Origin: Dehalococcoidia bacterium | GTDB taxonomy: Bacteria > Chloroflexota > Dehalococcoidia > UBA2979 | Length of the DNA: 64,000 nt | Reading direction: 5' to 3' | Assembly (NCBI GenBank): GCA_965262725.1 | Contig: OZ253555.1 | Span: forward strand, 3,264,001-3,328,000 | Part shown: positions 42,179 through 51,669 of the stretch, in pieces | Layout of the letters: each line of letters opens with the position of its first letter | Position numbering within the stretch: the first letter of the stretch is position 1 | Made by a program: the position numbers and the translations under genes | The notes under the pieces: model-generated | Told to the model about the DNA's origin: nothing | Databases searched by the model: none | Seen by the model: the letters and a program-made list of their open reading frames with translations, nothing else

Positions 42179-43270
42179 CTACGCCGCCTCGGCCGCGCGC
42201 GCGTGGCGCAACGGCTCGTAGACCTCCCCGCTCTTCCAGAGCGCAAGCATCAGCACCGCCAGTCGCCTCGCGACCGCGACGACGGCACGCTTCTTCGCAT
42301 TGCCGGCCCCCGACTCCGCGTAACGCAGCCCCCACCTGCGGAGGTCGCTGTCGGGGCCGAAGGGGCCCAGGATGTAGTGCGCGGCCTGGTTCAGCACCCG
42401 GCGCAGCGCCACGTCCCCTTCCTTCGTGATCCGCAGCTGGGGCTGCCGATCACCGGAATCGCGGCTCCGGGGCACCAGCCCCAGGTAGGGCCCCACCTCC
42501 CTGTTCTTGGGGAAGCGGGCCGGGTCCTCGATGGTGAGGATGAAGGTGAGCGAGGTGATCGGGCCGACGCCCACGATCTGCCGCAGCGCGCCGGTCTCCG
42601 CGTAGCGCTCGCACATCGCGGCGAGCTTCTTGTCGGCCTGGCGGATCTCCCCGGTCAGCTGCTCGATCTGGTGGAGCACCGGCAGCAGCGCCGGGCCCAG
42701 CTCCTCGGGGATGTGCTCTCTGACCGCGCGGTGGAAGGCCGGCGCCGTGCAGCCCGGAAGCGCCGCGCCCCACGCCTTCACCGCGCCCCGGACGTGGTTG
42801 ATGAACATCGTGCGCGCCCGGACCAGCGCCTCGCGGCTGCGGAGCACCTGGAGGTCCGCCTGCGCCATGGCGCTTCGGTGCCGGATGGGGAAGAGGAGCG
42901 CCGGGTCGAATCGGCCGAGCCGTGCGAGGTGCTCGGCATCGGAGCGGTCGGTCTTGCGCTGGCTGCGCGCGATCAGCCTGACCTGCCTCGGGTTGGCGAC
43001 GATCACGTCGTGACCGAGCTCCGCGAACATCCGGCTCAGCCACGGGGAACGCGGCCCCACCTCCATCACCACCCGGGCGCCCTGCAGTGGGGTGAGCGCC
43101 CGCGTGAGCGCCGCGGTCGTGGTGCGGACTCGCTCCTCCCGCACGATCTCCCCGTCGCCACCGAGGACGCAGAGGTGGCTGTAGCGGTCGCTGACGTCGA
43201 TGCCGACAGTCACGAGCTCCGCATCCCCCACCTTCCTGCTCTCTGTGACATCTGATGTACGCTGTGCCAC
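42179..43270 (-). CDS. IS110-family DEDD recombinase/transposase
   Basis: VGIDVS, VVME, KTDRSDA, GVGPIT, YLGLVP...DSG and KRAVVAVARRL motifs. GTG start with AGGAG RBS (alternative start 43231). Confidence 0.93.
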   Translation of the reverse strand: MAQRTSDVTESRKVGDAELVTVGIDVSDRYSHLCVLGGDGEIVREERVRTTTAALTRALTPLQGARVVMEVGPRSPWLSRMFAELGHDVIVANPRQVRLIARSQRKTDRSDAEHLARLGRFDPALLFPIRHRSAMAQADLQVLRSREALVRARTMFINHVRGAVKAWGAALPGCTAPAFHRAVREHIPEELGPALLPVLHQIEQLTGEIRQADKKLAAMCERYAETGALRQIVGVGPITSLTFILTIEDPARFPKNREVGPYLGLVPRSRDSGDRQPQLRITKEGDVALRRVLNQAAHYILGPFGPDSDLRRWGLRYAESGAGNAKKRAVVAVARRLAVLMLALWKSGEVYEPLRHARAAEAA

Positions 43271-43849
43271 GGTCGGTCTCCTACCTCTCTCGGCTCGCCT
43301 GAGCCGTTCTCCTGGGCCACCACGTGAGCCCGTGCTTGGAGGGGAAGTATCCCCTCTGAGGAGGGGACCGACCCTCATGTCATCTTGTTCGCCGCCTTCA
43401 TCGCTCGTACGGCCCCATCAGACTGCTGCGCATCGTTCATCATCGGCTACGGTTTACGTCCCTTCCCGACGCGGTCCCGGCGTACGACTCGTCGGGACAA
43501 CGCGCAGCTCTCCCAAGTCCCGGCGATAGACGTGTGTGCGTGCATGGGGTCTTCGACACCGTGGGGCCCGACCACGACTCGCCAGTAGCGCCGTCGCCGG
43601 TATTGCCTTCGACCAATCCAAGAGCCTCGGCACCCCAAATGGCCCTTTCGATGCTCATTAGCCCCGCCCGCACACCCCGCTGCCGACGCTTCACAAGCCG
43701 CCTCGCGACGACCCGCGCACGGCTCGCGGAATGACATGAGTGGCTAGCTCTTTGCCATAGAGGACTTCCACCTCCTGCCTACTCGCCAGTTAGCCTGGCG
43801 CTCTGGATTCGAGCTTAAGGGCGGGGACGCCCGATGCTAGACTGCGGTC

Positions 43850-44341
43850 ATGCAACCCCTCGCCGGCATCATCATGGGCTCCTCCTCCGACTGGGAGACG
43901 ATGCGCCTCACCGCCGACGTGCTCGAGGAGCTCGGCGTGCCGCACGAGGTACGCGTGATCTCCGCGCACCGGACGCCGGACCTCCTCTTCGAGTACGCGT
44001 CCACCGCCCGGGAGCGTGGGCTCCAGGTGATCGTGGCCGGCGCCGGGGGCGCGGCGCACCTGCCGGGAATGACCGCCGCCAAGACGGCCCTGCCCGTGAT
44101 CGGCGTGCCGGTCGAGTCGAAGGCGCTGAGCGGACTCGACTCGCTGCTCTCGATCGTCCAGATGCCGGCAGGCGTACCGGTGGCGACGGTGGCGATCGGC
44201 GCGGCCGGGGCCCGCAACGCCGGCCTGCTCGCCGCAGCGATCCTCGCCCCGGGCCGCCCCGCCATCGCCGAGGCGCTCGATAGCTACCGCACGCGTCAGA
44301 CCGACGGCGTCCTCGCGCAGCCGGATCCCCGCCAGGGCTGA
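43850..44341 (+). CDS. purE: N5-CAIR mutase
   Basis: [21 protein letters not shown] and SIVQMP.GVPVATV motifs. Confidence 0.97.
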   Translation: MQPLAGIIMGSSSDWETMRLTADVLEELGVPHEVRVISAHRTPDLLFEYASTARERGLQVIVAGAGGAAHLPGMTAAKTALPVIGVPVESKALSGLDSLLSIVQMPAGVPVATVAIGAAGARNAGLLAAAILAPGRPAIAEALDSYRTRQTDGVLAQPDPRQG

Positions 44342-44344
44342 GGC

Positions 44345-45484
44345 GTGCGGATCGGCGTAGTCGGGGCCGGCCAGCTCGGGCGCATGCTCGTGCTGGCCGG
44401 TCGGCCGCTCGGCATCGACTTCCTGATGTACGACCCGGCGCCCGACGCCTCGGGCGGGCGCGTCGCGCCGCTCGTCGTCGGGGACTTCGACGACCGGCGC
44501 GCGCTCGAGCGCTTCGCCTCAGAGGCGGACGTGGTGACCTTCGACTGGGAGAACGTCCCCGCCAACGCCCTGAGAACCCTCCGCGGCCGCGCCGCCGTGC
44601 GGCCGCCGGCGCGTGCGCTCGCGCTCTCGCAGGACAGGCTCGCCGAGAAACGGATCTTCCGGCGGCTCGGCATCGCCACGGCGCCGTTCGCGGCCGTGAA
44701 CTCGCTTCAGGGGCTGCGGCGCGCCGTTGGCCGCGTCGGCCTGCCGGGCGTGCTGAAGACGCGACGGCTCGGCTACGACGGGAAGGGCCAGGCGTGGCTG
44801 AAGCACCCCCGCGACATCGGGACGGCCTACGAGGTCCTGGGCGGGCGGCCGCTCATCTACGAGGCGCGCGTCCCCTTCACGCGCGAGCTCTCGCTGCTCT
44901 CGGTGCGGGGTGCCGACGGCGCGATCGCCCACTACCCGCTCGCCGAGAACCGCCACGAGCGGGGGATCCTCAGGCTCACCACCGCCCCCTACGTCGACCG
45001 CGCGCTGCAGGCGGAGGCGGAGGCGTACCTGGAGTCGCTGCTCCGGCGCCTGCGCTACGTCGGCGTGCTGGGCGTCGAGTTCTTCGAGGCGGAGGGGCGT
45101 CTCGTCGCGAACGAGACGGCCGCGCGCGTGCACAACTCCGGCCACTGGACGATCGAGGGCTCGGTGACGAGCCAGTTCGAGAACCACATCCGGGCCCTCG
45201 CGGGGCTGCCCCTCGGACGCACCGACGCGCGGGGCTACGCAGCGATGGTCAACTTCATCGGCCGCCTCCCCGACGCCGCGGAGGTGCTCGCGGTGCCGGG
45301 TGCCCACTTCCACGACTACGAGAAAACCCCGCGCCCCGGCCGCAAGGTCGGCCACGCCACCCTCGTCTCGCGGAGCGCCCGCGAGCGCGACCGCGCGGCC
45401 AGACGCCTGCTCGAGCTGGGACGGCGCGCGGCCGGTGAGGAGCTGCCCCCCGCCGGGCGCGGCGGGAGGCCCCGGCGTCAGTAG
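44345..45484 (+). CDS. purK: N5-CAIR synthetase
   Basis: GAGQLGRM, GYDGKGQ, HNSGHWT, SQFENH and RKVGH motifs. Confidence 0.96.
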   Translation: MRIGVVGAGQLGRMLVLAGRPLGIDFLMYDPAPDASGGRVAPLVVGDFDDRRALERFASEADVVTFDWENVPANALRTLRGRAAVRPPARALALSQDRLAEKRIFRRLGIATAPFAAVNSLQGLRRAVGRVGLPGVLKTRRLGYDGKGQAWLKHPRDIGTAYEVLGGRPLIYEARVPFTRELSLLSVRGADGAIAHYPLAENRHERGILRLTTAPYVDRALQAEAEAYLESLLRRLRYVGVLGVEFFEAEGRLVANETAARVHNSGHWTIEGSVTSQFENHIRALAGLPLGRTDARGYAAMVNFIGRLPDAAEVLAVPGAHFHDYEKTPRPGRKVGHATLVSRSARERDRAARRLLELGRRAAGEELPPAGRGGRPRRQ

Positions 45485-46158
45485 GTGCCGACGAGCGGGT
45501 CGGGCGGACCGAGGCTGAGCACGTCGAGTCGGGCACGGAACGCGTCGACATCGAGGCTCATGATCTGCAGGTCGTGCAGCACGCCATCGCGGTCGATCGC
45601 GTGGCGCGCCAGCCGCGCCTCGCGGCGGAAGCCCATGCGCGAGAAGACGGAGATCGCGGCGCGCTGGTCGGTCGTCATCTGCGCCACCATCTTCTTGACG
45701 CCCAGCTGCCGCGCGAGCGCGAACGCCTGCTCGGTGAGCAGACGGCCGAGGTGCTTTCCGCGCATCGACTCCGCCACCAGCACGCGCAGCTCCGCGACGT
45801 GGCGGGTCCAGTGGAGCCCCTCGCGGCCCACGGTCGCGACGCCCACGACTTCGTCGCCGCGGAGGCCGAGTACCGTGACGTACTGCCCCTCCTCCACGAG
45901 TTCAAGCCAGGCGCGCACATGATCCGGGTTGGTGATGTCGCGCCTGAGGAAGAGCAGGTCGTGCTCGGGGAGCTCGCGAGCGAAGGCGAGCAGCGCCTCC
46001 TGATCCGCGGCGGTGGCGAGACGCAGCGTGAGCGTGGCCTCGCCCAGGGCGATCTGCGCCGGGTAGTCCAGGGGCTCCTGCGCCTGAGCCTCCACCTGCT
46101 CCGAGACGACCCACGCGTGGCCGCCGAGGAGACGGCCCAGGAGGCTACCTATGCCCAT
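45478..46158 (-). CDS. GNAT-family N-acetyltransferase
   Basis: RGKHLG acetyl-CoA motif and F.RMGF. Confidence 0.8.
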   Translation of the reverse strand: MGIGSLLGRLLGGHAWVVSEQVEAQAQEPLDYPAQIALGEATLTLRLATAADQEALLAFARELPEHDLLFLRRDITNPDHVRAWLELVEEGQYVTVLGLRGDEVVGVATVGREGLHWTRHVAELRVLVAESMRGKHLGRLLTEQAFALARQLGVKKMVAQMTTDQRAAISVFSRMGFRREARLARHAIDRDGVLHDLQIMSLDVDAFRARLDVLSLGPPDPLVGTY

Positions 46159-46243
46159 CGCACACGCTCCACCTCATCACCCTCCCATGGTAGGGCAGAG
46201 GCACGCGCCGCGACACCCCGCCCCCGACCGTCGTCCGCCCGGC

Positions 46244-47059
46244 TCAGGGCCGGCAGTAGGCGGCGACCTCGCGCGCGAAGGTCTCCTGCTGGTAGAGCGG
46301 GTGTGGCTCCCCGCCGGCGACGATCTTGAGCTCGGCGTTCGGGATCAGATCGGAGACGTGCGCGATGTTCTTGACGAAGGTGTCGGCCTCGCTGCAGAGG
46401 ACCAGAGTCGGCACGGGGACGAGCGGAAGCCTCGCCTTCGAATCCCAGCGGAAGAGGGCGCGCAGCGCCATGCTCGTCCTGGGCCCGGGCTTGATGTAGT
46501 CGATGAAGAGCGCCGTCGACCCGCCGGCGCCGTAGCGCTGCACCCCGGCGTGGCTGTTCCACGCCTCGAGCAGCCCCGATCCGTCCTCGCCCGCGGACCA
46601 GTCGGCGAAGAAGGGCGCGTCCACCTGCGTCAGCCGCGTCGCGGGGTTGCGCCAGAACGGCATGCCCGAGATCACGAGCTTGCGGAAGCGCTCCGGCTGC
46701 TGGATCGACGCCTCGGCGGCGATCACCGACCCCGTGTGATGGCCGACCACGGCCGGCTCGTCCAGCCCCAGCGAGTCGAGCGCCTCGAGCAGAACCCGGG
46801 CGTAGTCCGGGATCTCCAGCACGCGGTCCGCGGGCGCCGGGTCGGAGTCGCCCTGCCCGAGCGTATCGAGCGCGTAGACCGTGAAGTCGCGGGCGAGATC
46901 GGGGATCACCCCGAAGAACATGCGCGAGGAGAGCCACGTGTTGTGCAGAAGCACGAGCGGCGGGCCGCTGCCGACCGTGCGGTAGTGGATCTGCCCGAGC
47001 GAGGTGTCGGCAAAGGCGCGCTTCAGCGTCGCTCCCTCCGCCAGTACGCCGTAGGTCAC
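46244..47059 (-). CDS. alpha/beta fold hydrolase-like protein (GHHTG elbow)
   Basis: GQIHY..GSGPPLVLLH, D.LGQGDS and VPTLVL motifs. Confidence 0.82.
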   Translation of the reverse strand: MTYGVLAEGATLKRAFADTSLGQIHYRTVGSGPPLVLLHNTWLSSRMFFGVIPDLARDFTVYALDTLGQGDSDPAPADRVLEIPDYARVLLEALDSLGLDEPAVVGHHTGSVIAAEASIQQPERFRKLVISGMPFWRNPATRLTQVDAPFFADWSAGEDGSGLLEAWNSHAGVQRYGAGGSTALFIDYIKPGPRTSMALRALFRWDSKARLPLVPVPTLVLCSEADTFVKNIAHVSDLIPNAELKIVAGGEPHPLYQQETFAREVAAYCRP

Positions 47060-47193
47060 CGCTCACTCCCTCCGCGCCGCGCGCGTCCGTCTCGGCCGCG
47101 CCTCCGTATTGCGCATGGCGCATAGGTAGTGCAGGCGACGCCGCTTGTCCAGTCCGGCGCCGACGGCGGGCCCGCCGGCCAGGTGTCCTGGTG

Positions 47194-48144
47194 TCAGCGC
47201 GCGGCGGCGGGTCGCGCTCGCTCGTTCCAGCCGGCGACCACCGGGAGCACCTCCTCGACGAGGCGACGGCTCTGATCGAGCATCCCCCGGTCGTCGTCGG
47301 CGAGCGGCCGCAGCACGAACTTCGAGACGCCGGCCTCCACGAACGCCTCAAGGCGCCGCACGATCGCCTGCGCGTCGCCGACGGCGAGATAGCTCTCGAG
47401 CACCTCCTCGCCGAGCCGGCGGAGCGGCGCCACGGCCCGCTCGACCGGAGCGTCGTCCCTGCTCCCGAAGCGGAAGGCGAAGGTCGCCCCGTAGTGGTCC
47501 TCGTCGATGGGACGGCCGGCCTCCGCGGCGGCGCGCCGAATGGCGGAGACGGTTTCCCGCGTCTGCGCCACCGTGTGCAGGCCGCCCAGCCAGCCCGTCC
47601 CGACGCGCGCCGTGCGGCGGATCGCCGCCTCCGAGGCGCCGCCGATCCACAAAGGCAGCGGCTGCTGCACCGGACTGGGCTCGATGGTGAGGCCCCGCGC
47701 CGAGTAGTACTTACCCCGGAAGCTGACGTCGCGCTCCGACCACAACCGCGCCAGGAGATCGAGCGCCTCGTCGGCGCGCGCGCCGCGGGAGCGGGAAGAG
47801 AGTCCCGCCGTCTCCCAGTCCGCCGACCGGGCGTTGCCGACGCCGAAGGCGGGAAGCAGGCGCCCGTTCGAGAGGTGGTCGATGCTCGCGCACTGCTTCG
47901 CGACGAGCAGCGGATCGCGTAGCGGAAGGACCACCACGTTCATGCCGAACTTGAGGCGCTGCGTGCCGCCGGCGAGCGCCGCCATCAGCGCCATCGGCTC
48001 AAGCGCCGGCTGGGGCGAGACGAGGCGATCGCTCTGCCATATCGAGTCGACGCCGCCGTCCTCGCAGAGCTCGATCCAGCGCCAGAAGGCACGCGCGCCG
48101 GAGAACGGGTAGGCGGCGAGCCCGAGACCGACGCCGATGCTCAT
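47194..48144 (-). CDS. LLM-class flavin-dependent oxidoreductase
   Basis: LPLRDP..VAK..ASID.LSNGR and P.PVQ.P.PLWIGG motifs. Confidence 0.88.
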   Translation of the reverse strand: MSIGVGLGLAAYPFSGARAFWRWIELCEDGGVDSIWQSDRLVSPQPALEPMALMAALAGGTQRLKFGMNVVVLPLRDPLLVAKQCASIDHLSNGRLLPAFGVGNARSADWETAGLSSRSRGARADEALDLLARLWSERDVSFRGKYYSARGLTIEPSPVQQPLPLWIGGASEAAIRRTARVGTGWLGGLHTVAQTRETVSAIRRAAAEAGRPIDEDHYGATFAFRFGSRDDAPVERAVAPLRRLGEEVLESYLAVGDAQAIVRRLEAFVEAGVSKFVLRPLADDDRGMLDQSRRLVEEVLPVVAGWNERARPAAAR

Positions 48145-48178
48145 CCTGCCCCCTCCCCCCCGGCGCCCCCGCCCGCGG

Positions 48179-48496
48179 CTACTCCTCGGGCGTCTCCCCG
48201 ATCTCATAGTCAACGCCGGAGATTGCGGACACGATTGGCACCAGCTTCTCCGCGACGATGCGGTCGTGCTGCTCGCCCTGCGAGTACTCCCGGTAGGCTG
48301 CCCGGGTGGCGAAGTCCATCGTCATCACCCAGTCGTAGCGCCGGGAGCGACGCGACTCCGAGATGTTGCGGCCCATCGAGATCGCGATCATCCCCGGCAT
48401 GCTGTCGTGGATCGCCTGGAAGCCCTGCTCGACGTCGGCGATCTGCTCGGGCGTCGTGCCCTCCTTGAAACCCAGGTTGATGATGTGGCGGTGCAT
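48179..48496 (-). CDS. Dabb-family (stress-responsive A/B barrel) protein
   Basis: M.RHI...FK...G.N....YD......F......Y.....H pattern; 105 aa with an RBS. Confidence 0.75.
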   Translation of the reverse strand: MHRHIINLGFKEGTTPEQIADVEQGFQAIHDSMPGMIAISMGRNISESRRSRRYDWVMTMDFATRAAYREYSQGEQHDRIVAEKLVPIVSAISGVDYEIGETPEE

Positions 48497-48733
48497 CGTT
48501 CCTCCCTTCCCGTCGGGGGCGCATGCTACGGCCCACGGCTGCCGCGCGGCGAGCGAGGGCGCGCGGGGCCGGCCTCCGGATCTCGGGGTACGGTGGTTCG
48601 GTTCTCTCTACAATGGGGCTGCGCCCGAGCCGAGTGCTGGGGCCGATCCACCGCGGCGGGCCCGAGGTCGCCTCCCCGGGCCCGCGGAGCCGCGTGATGG
48701 GAGACGGGCCGTGGTGACGACGAGCAGCCGCCC

Positions 48734-50182
48734 GTGACCTCGGCCCCCGCCGGCGCTCCCGGCGGTCGGGGATACGATCTCTTCGTGATCGGGTCGGGCC
48801 CCGCCGGCCAGCGCGGGGCCATCCAGGCGGCGAAGCTGGGGGCGCCGCGTCGGCCTCGCCGAGGTGCAGGGCACGCTGGGCGGCGTCTGCTTCAACACCG
48901 GCACCATTCCGAGCAAGACGCTCCGGCAGGCCGTCATGGAACTCTACTCCGCGCGCGCGCGGAGGAGGGCCACGCCCTCAGCGCGGGCTCCGTGGAGATG
49001 GGCGGCCTCGTGTCGCGCGTCAACCACGTCATGGAGAACGAGCAGGAGCTGGCGAGGCGCCAGCTCGAGCGCAACGGCGTGGAGGTGCACTGGGCGCGCG
49101 CCTCGCTCGTCGGACCGCACCGCGTGCGGCTGGAGCCGGCTCAGCCGGGGGGCGGCCCCGCTGTCGAGGTGCACGCCGACCACGTCCTCATCGCCACCGG
49201 CTCCACCGCCACTCGCAACCCGGAGATCCCCTTCGACGGCGAGTACGTGCTGACCAGCGACGACGTGCTGGGGCTCGATCGCGCGCCGCGATCGCTCGCG
49301 GTGGTCGGCGCCGGCGTGATCGGGACGGAGTACGCGAGCATCTTCGCCGCGCTCGGGGTGCGCGTCGCGCTGATCGACAAGGGCCCGACCCTGCTTCCCT
49401 TCGTCGACGGCGAGATCGTCGCCGCGCTCACCTACCAGCTGCGCCGCCGCCGCGTGAGGATGCGCCTCGGCGAGGAAGTGTCCCGGGTCGAGATCGTGGA
49501 GCGAGACGGCGAGACGCACGTGCGCCTCGGCCTCGCCTCCGGGAAGCAGATCATCACAGAGCGAGTGCTCTACAGCATCGGGCGCTCCGGGACGACGGCC
49601 GGTCTCGGGCTCGAGGCGCTCGGCATCGAGCCCGATCCTCGGGGGCGGCTCGCCGTCGACGCGTACTGCCGGACCGCCGTCCCGCACATCTACGCGGCCG
49701 GCGACGTGATCGGCTTCCCCGCGCTCGCCTCCACGTCGATGGAGCAGGGGCGGCTCGCCGCGGCCCACGCCTTCGGCGGCGCGATCCACTCGCAGCCGGA
49801 CCTCCTGCCATACGGGATCTACACGGTGCCGGAGATCTCGATGGTCGGACGCACCGAGGCCGAGCTGACCGAGGCAGGCGTCCCCTACGAGGTCGGGCTC
49901 GCCCGCTACAGCGAGATCGCGCGCGGGCAGATCGTCGGCGACATCTCGGGGCTCCTCAAGCTGATCGTGCACATCGAGACGCACGAGGTGCTCGGCGTGC
50001 ACATCATCGGCGAGGGGGCATCGGAGCTCGTCCACATCGGGCAGGTGGTGATGGGTCTCAGGGGCGTCGTCGACTACTTCTCCGAGACCGTCTTCAACTA
50101 CCCGACCTTCGCCGAGTGCTACAAGACCGCCGCCCTCGACGTGCTCAACCGCCTCGCGGTGGTGGATTCCCTCGAGCTGTAG
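48734..50182 (+). CDS. sthA: soluble pyridine nucleotide transhydrogenase, with two compensating frameshifts near the N-terminus
   Basis: IGSGPAGQ..A.QAAK, GAGVIG.EYAS, GFPALASTSMEQGR and FNYPT. The GGVCFNTGTIPSKTLR segment is in the adjacent frame. Confidence 0.88.
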   Translation: MTSAPAGAPGGRGYDLFVIGSGPAGQRGAIQAAKLGAPRRPRRGAGHAGRRLLQHRHHSEQDAPAGRHGTLLRARAEEGHALSAGSVEMGGLVSRVNHVMENEQELARRQLERNGVEVHWARASLVGPHRVRLEPAQPGGGPAVEVHADHVLIATGSTATRNPEIPFDGEYVLTSDDVLGLDRAPRSLAVVGAGVIGTEYASIFAALGVRVALIDKGPTLLPFVDGEIVAALTYQLRRRRVRMRLGEEVSRVEIVERDGETHVRLGLASGKQIITERVLYSIGRSGTTAGLGLEALGIEPDPRGRLAVDAYCRTAVPHIYAAGDVIGFPALASTSMEQGRLAAAHAFGGAIHSQPDLLPYGIYTVPEISMVGRTEAELTEAGVPYEVGLARYSEIARGQIVGDISGLLKLIVHIETHEVLGVHIIGEGASELVHIGQVVMGLRGVVDYFSETVFNYPTFAECYKTAALDVLNRLAVVDSLEL

Positions 50183-50284
50183 CCGGATCGCCCTGCGGCC
50201 AGCCGCCACCGGGGCGGCCCCCTTACCTTCTTTCTGCGGCCTGGGTAGCTTCCCGGGCCGGGAGTCCGGCCGTGCCGGCATGGC

Positions 50285-50395
50285 TCAGTGCCCCCTGTCG
50301 CTTGACGGCCTGGGGGGTGTTGCCACCGGCACTGCTCGGTGCGTGAACCTCTGATAGGGACATGCGAGCTGATCGCTGATTCGTAAGGTGGATGA
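50285..50395 (+). ncRNA. candidate bridge RNA (target and donor loops) of the second IS110
   Basis: GCCCCC/GGGGGG match the target; GATAGGGACA and GTAAGGTG match the donor junction. Confidence 0.7.
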
Positions 50396-50453
50396 CGGCG
50401 CGCGCACCTGCGGCCTTCCGGACGAGTGGACGGAGCACCCGAGAGGAGCCGCA

Positions 50454-51669
50454 GTGGGAACGCCCGATGACATCGACGTGTGGATCGGCCTCGACATCGG
50501 CAAGGCAGAACATTTCGCTGACGCGCGGGACGCCGCGGGCGAGTCGCTGTTCGCCGGCGCCGTGGCCAACGACGAGGCCGACATCGAGACGCTCCTCGGC
50601 CGTGCCCAGGCCCTGGGTGCCCCTGCCCTGGTCGTCGACCAGCCCGGCTCGCTCGCCAGCCTCGTGCTCGCCGTCGCTGCGCGCCTCGGTGTGCCGGTGG
50701 CGTACGTGCCCGGCCTGATAATGCGCCGCGCCGCCGACCTCTACCCGGGCGAGGCCAAGACCGACCGCCGCGACGCCTTCGTCCTCGCCGACACCGGCCG
50801 CATCCGGCGCCACCAGGTGCACTGGCTCGACGCCGGCAACGACGAACTGCTCGCACAGCTCCGCGTCTTGAACGGTTACGACGCCGACCTCGCCACGGAC
50901 GCCAACACGGCTGTCGAACCGGCTCCGGGACGCGCTCACGGGCATCTCCCCGGCGCTGGAACGCGTTCTGGGCCCGAGGCTGCACCATCCGGGCGTCCGG
51001 GATCTCCTGGCACGCTACCCGGCTCCCCAGGCACTGGCGAAGGCCGGCCGCGGCCGCATCGAGAGCACGATCCGGAAGCGCTCGCCGCGGCTGGCGAAGG
51101 CCCTCACCGTCGCCGTGACGCAGGCGCTCGGAGCTCAGAGCGTCGTCGTGCCGGTCGAGGCCGTGATGGGGCGCGTGATCTCCGAGGTCGTTGTCGAACT
51201 CGACCGCACGCTGGAGCGACGGAAGCGGCTCGCGGCCGACATCGAGGAGCTCTTCGAGGCACACCCTTTCGGACGCATCCTCGGCACGCTCCCGGGCATC
51301 GGCCCCCGGACCGGGTCGAGGATCCTCGCTGAGATCGGCGACGGCGCCCGGTTCGCGAACGGATCGAGGCTCGCGAGCTACGCCGGCCTCGCTCCGGTGA
51401 CCCGCCAGTCCGGGTCGAGTCTCCGCGGCGAAGTGCGCAGCCGGCGCGGGAACCACCGCCTCAAGAACGCGATGTTCCTGGCGGCCTTCGCCTCGCTGCG
51501 CGATCCCGCATCGAGGGCCTTCTACGACCGGAAGCGGGCCGAGGGGAAGAAACACAACGCCGCCGTCATCTGCCTCGCGCGCCGGCGCTGCGACGTCATC
51601 TTGGCCATGCTTCGCTTGCGCCAGCCCTACCGAGCCACGCAATCCCGCCACAACGCGGCAGCCGCCTGA
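50454..51669 (+). pseudogene. IS110-family transposase with a +1 frameshift at about 50904
   Basis: IGLDIGK and AKTDRRDA in one frame; RLSNRLRD, PGIGPRT, YAGLAP..RQSG and LARRR in the next. Confidence 0.85.

Larger units (their letters stand above)
41833..43386 (-). mobile_element. IS110 family, IS1111-type element
   Basis: Sub-terminal 10-bp IRs ATGAGGGTCG (41835-41844) and CGACCCTCAT (43369-43378). Shared core CTT at both junctions; long non-coding region downstream of the transposase. Confidence 0.88.
40333..43803 (-). mobile_element. group II intron (bacterial class E-like), interrupted by an IS110-family element
   Basis: 5' end GAGCG; DV GAGCCGGATGCCCGAGAGGGCACGTCCGGATC with AGC triad; DVI ends CCCTACCGCGAA. 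Boundaries are fixed by the empty site in IS1380 copy 1. Confidence 0.9.
38684..43813 (+). mobile_element. IS1380 copy 2, right IR interrupted by a group II intron
   Basis: Same left end as copy 1. Right IR is split as ...CTTCGTTCGG(40332) | (43804)TGGATTCGAG. TSD CTTAA at 38679-38683 and 43814-43818. Confidence 0.92.

Noticed and set aside
43746-43750. GAGCT in the intron 5' region as EBS2 matching exon AGCTC
   Set aside because: Only 5 nt, partly pairing with flank outside the IS, and apparently within a structural part of domain I. Not supportable without folding.
30607-43813. Composite transposon formed by the two direct IS1380 copies carrying the SBP, selenoprotein and lyase genes
   Set aside because: Each copy has its own TSD (TGTAT versus CTTAA), and the copies differ by SNPs and a short indel near the right end, so they are independent insertions.
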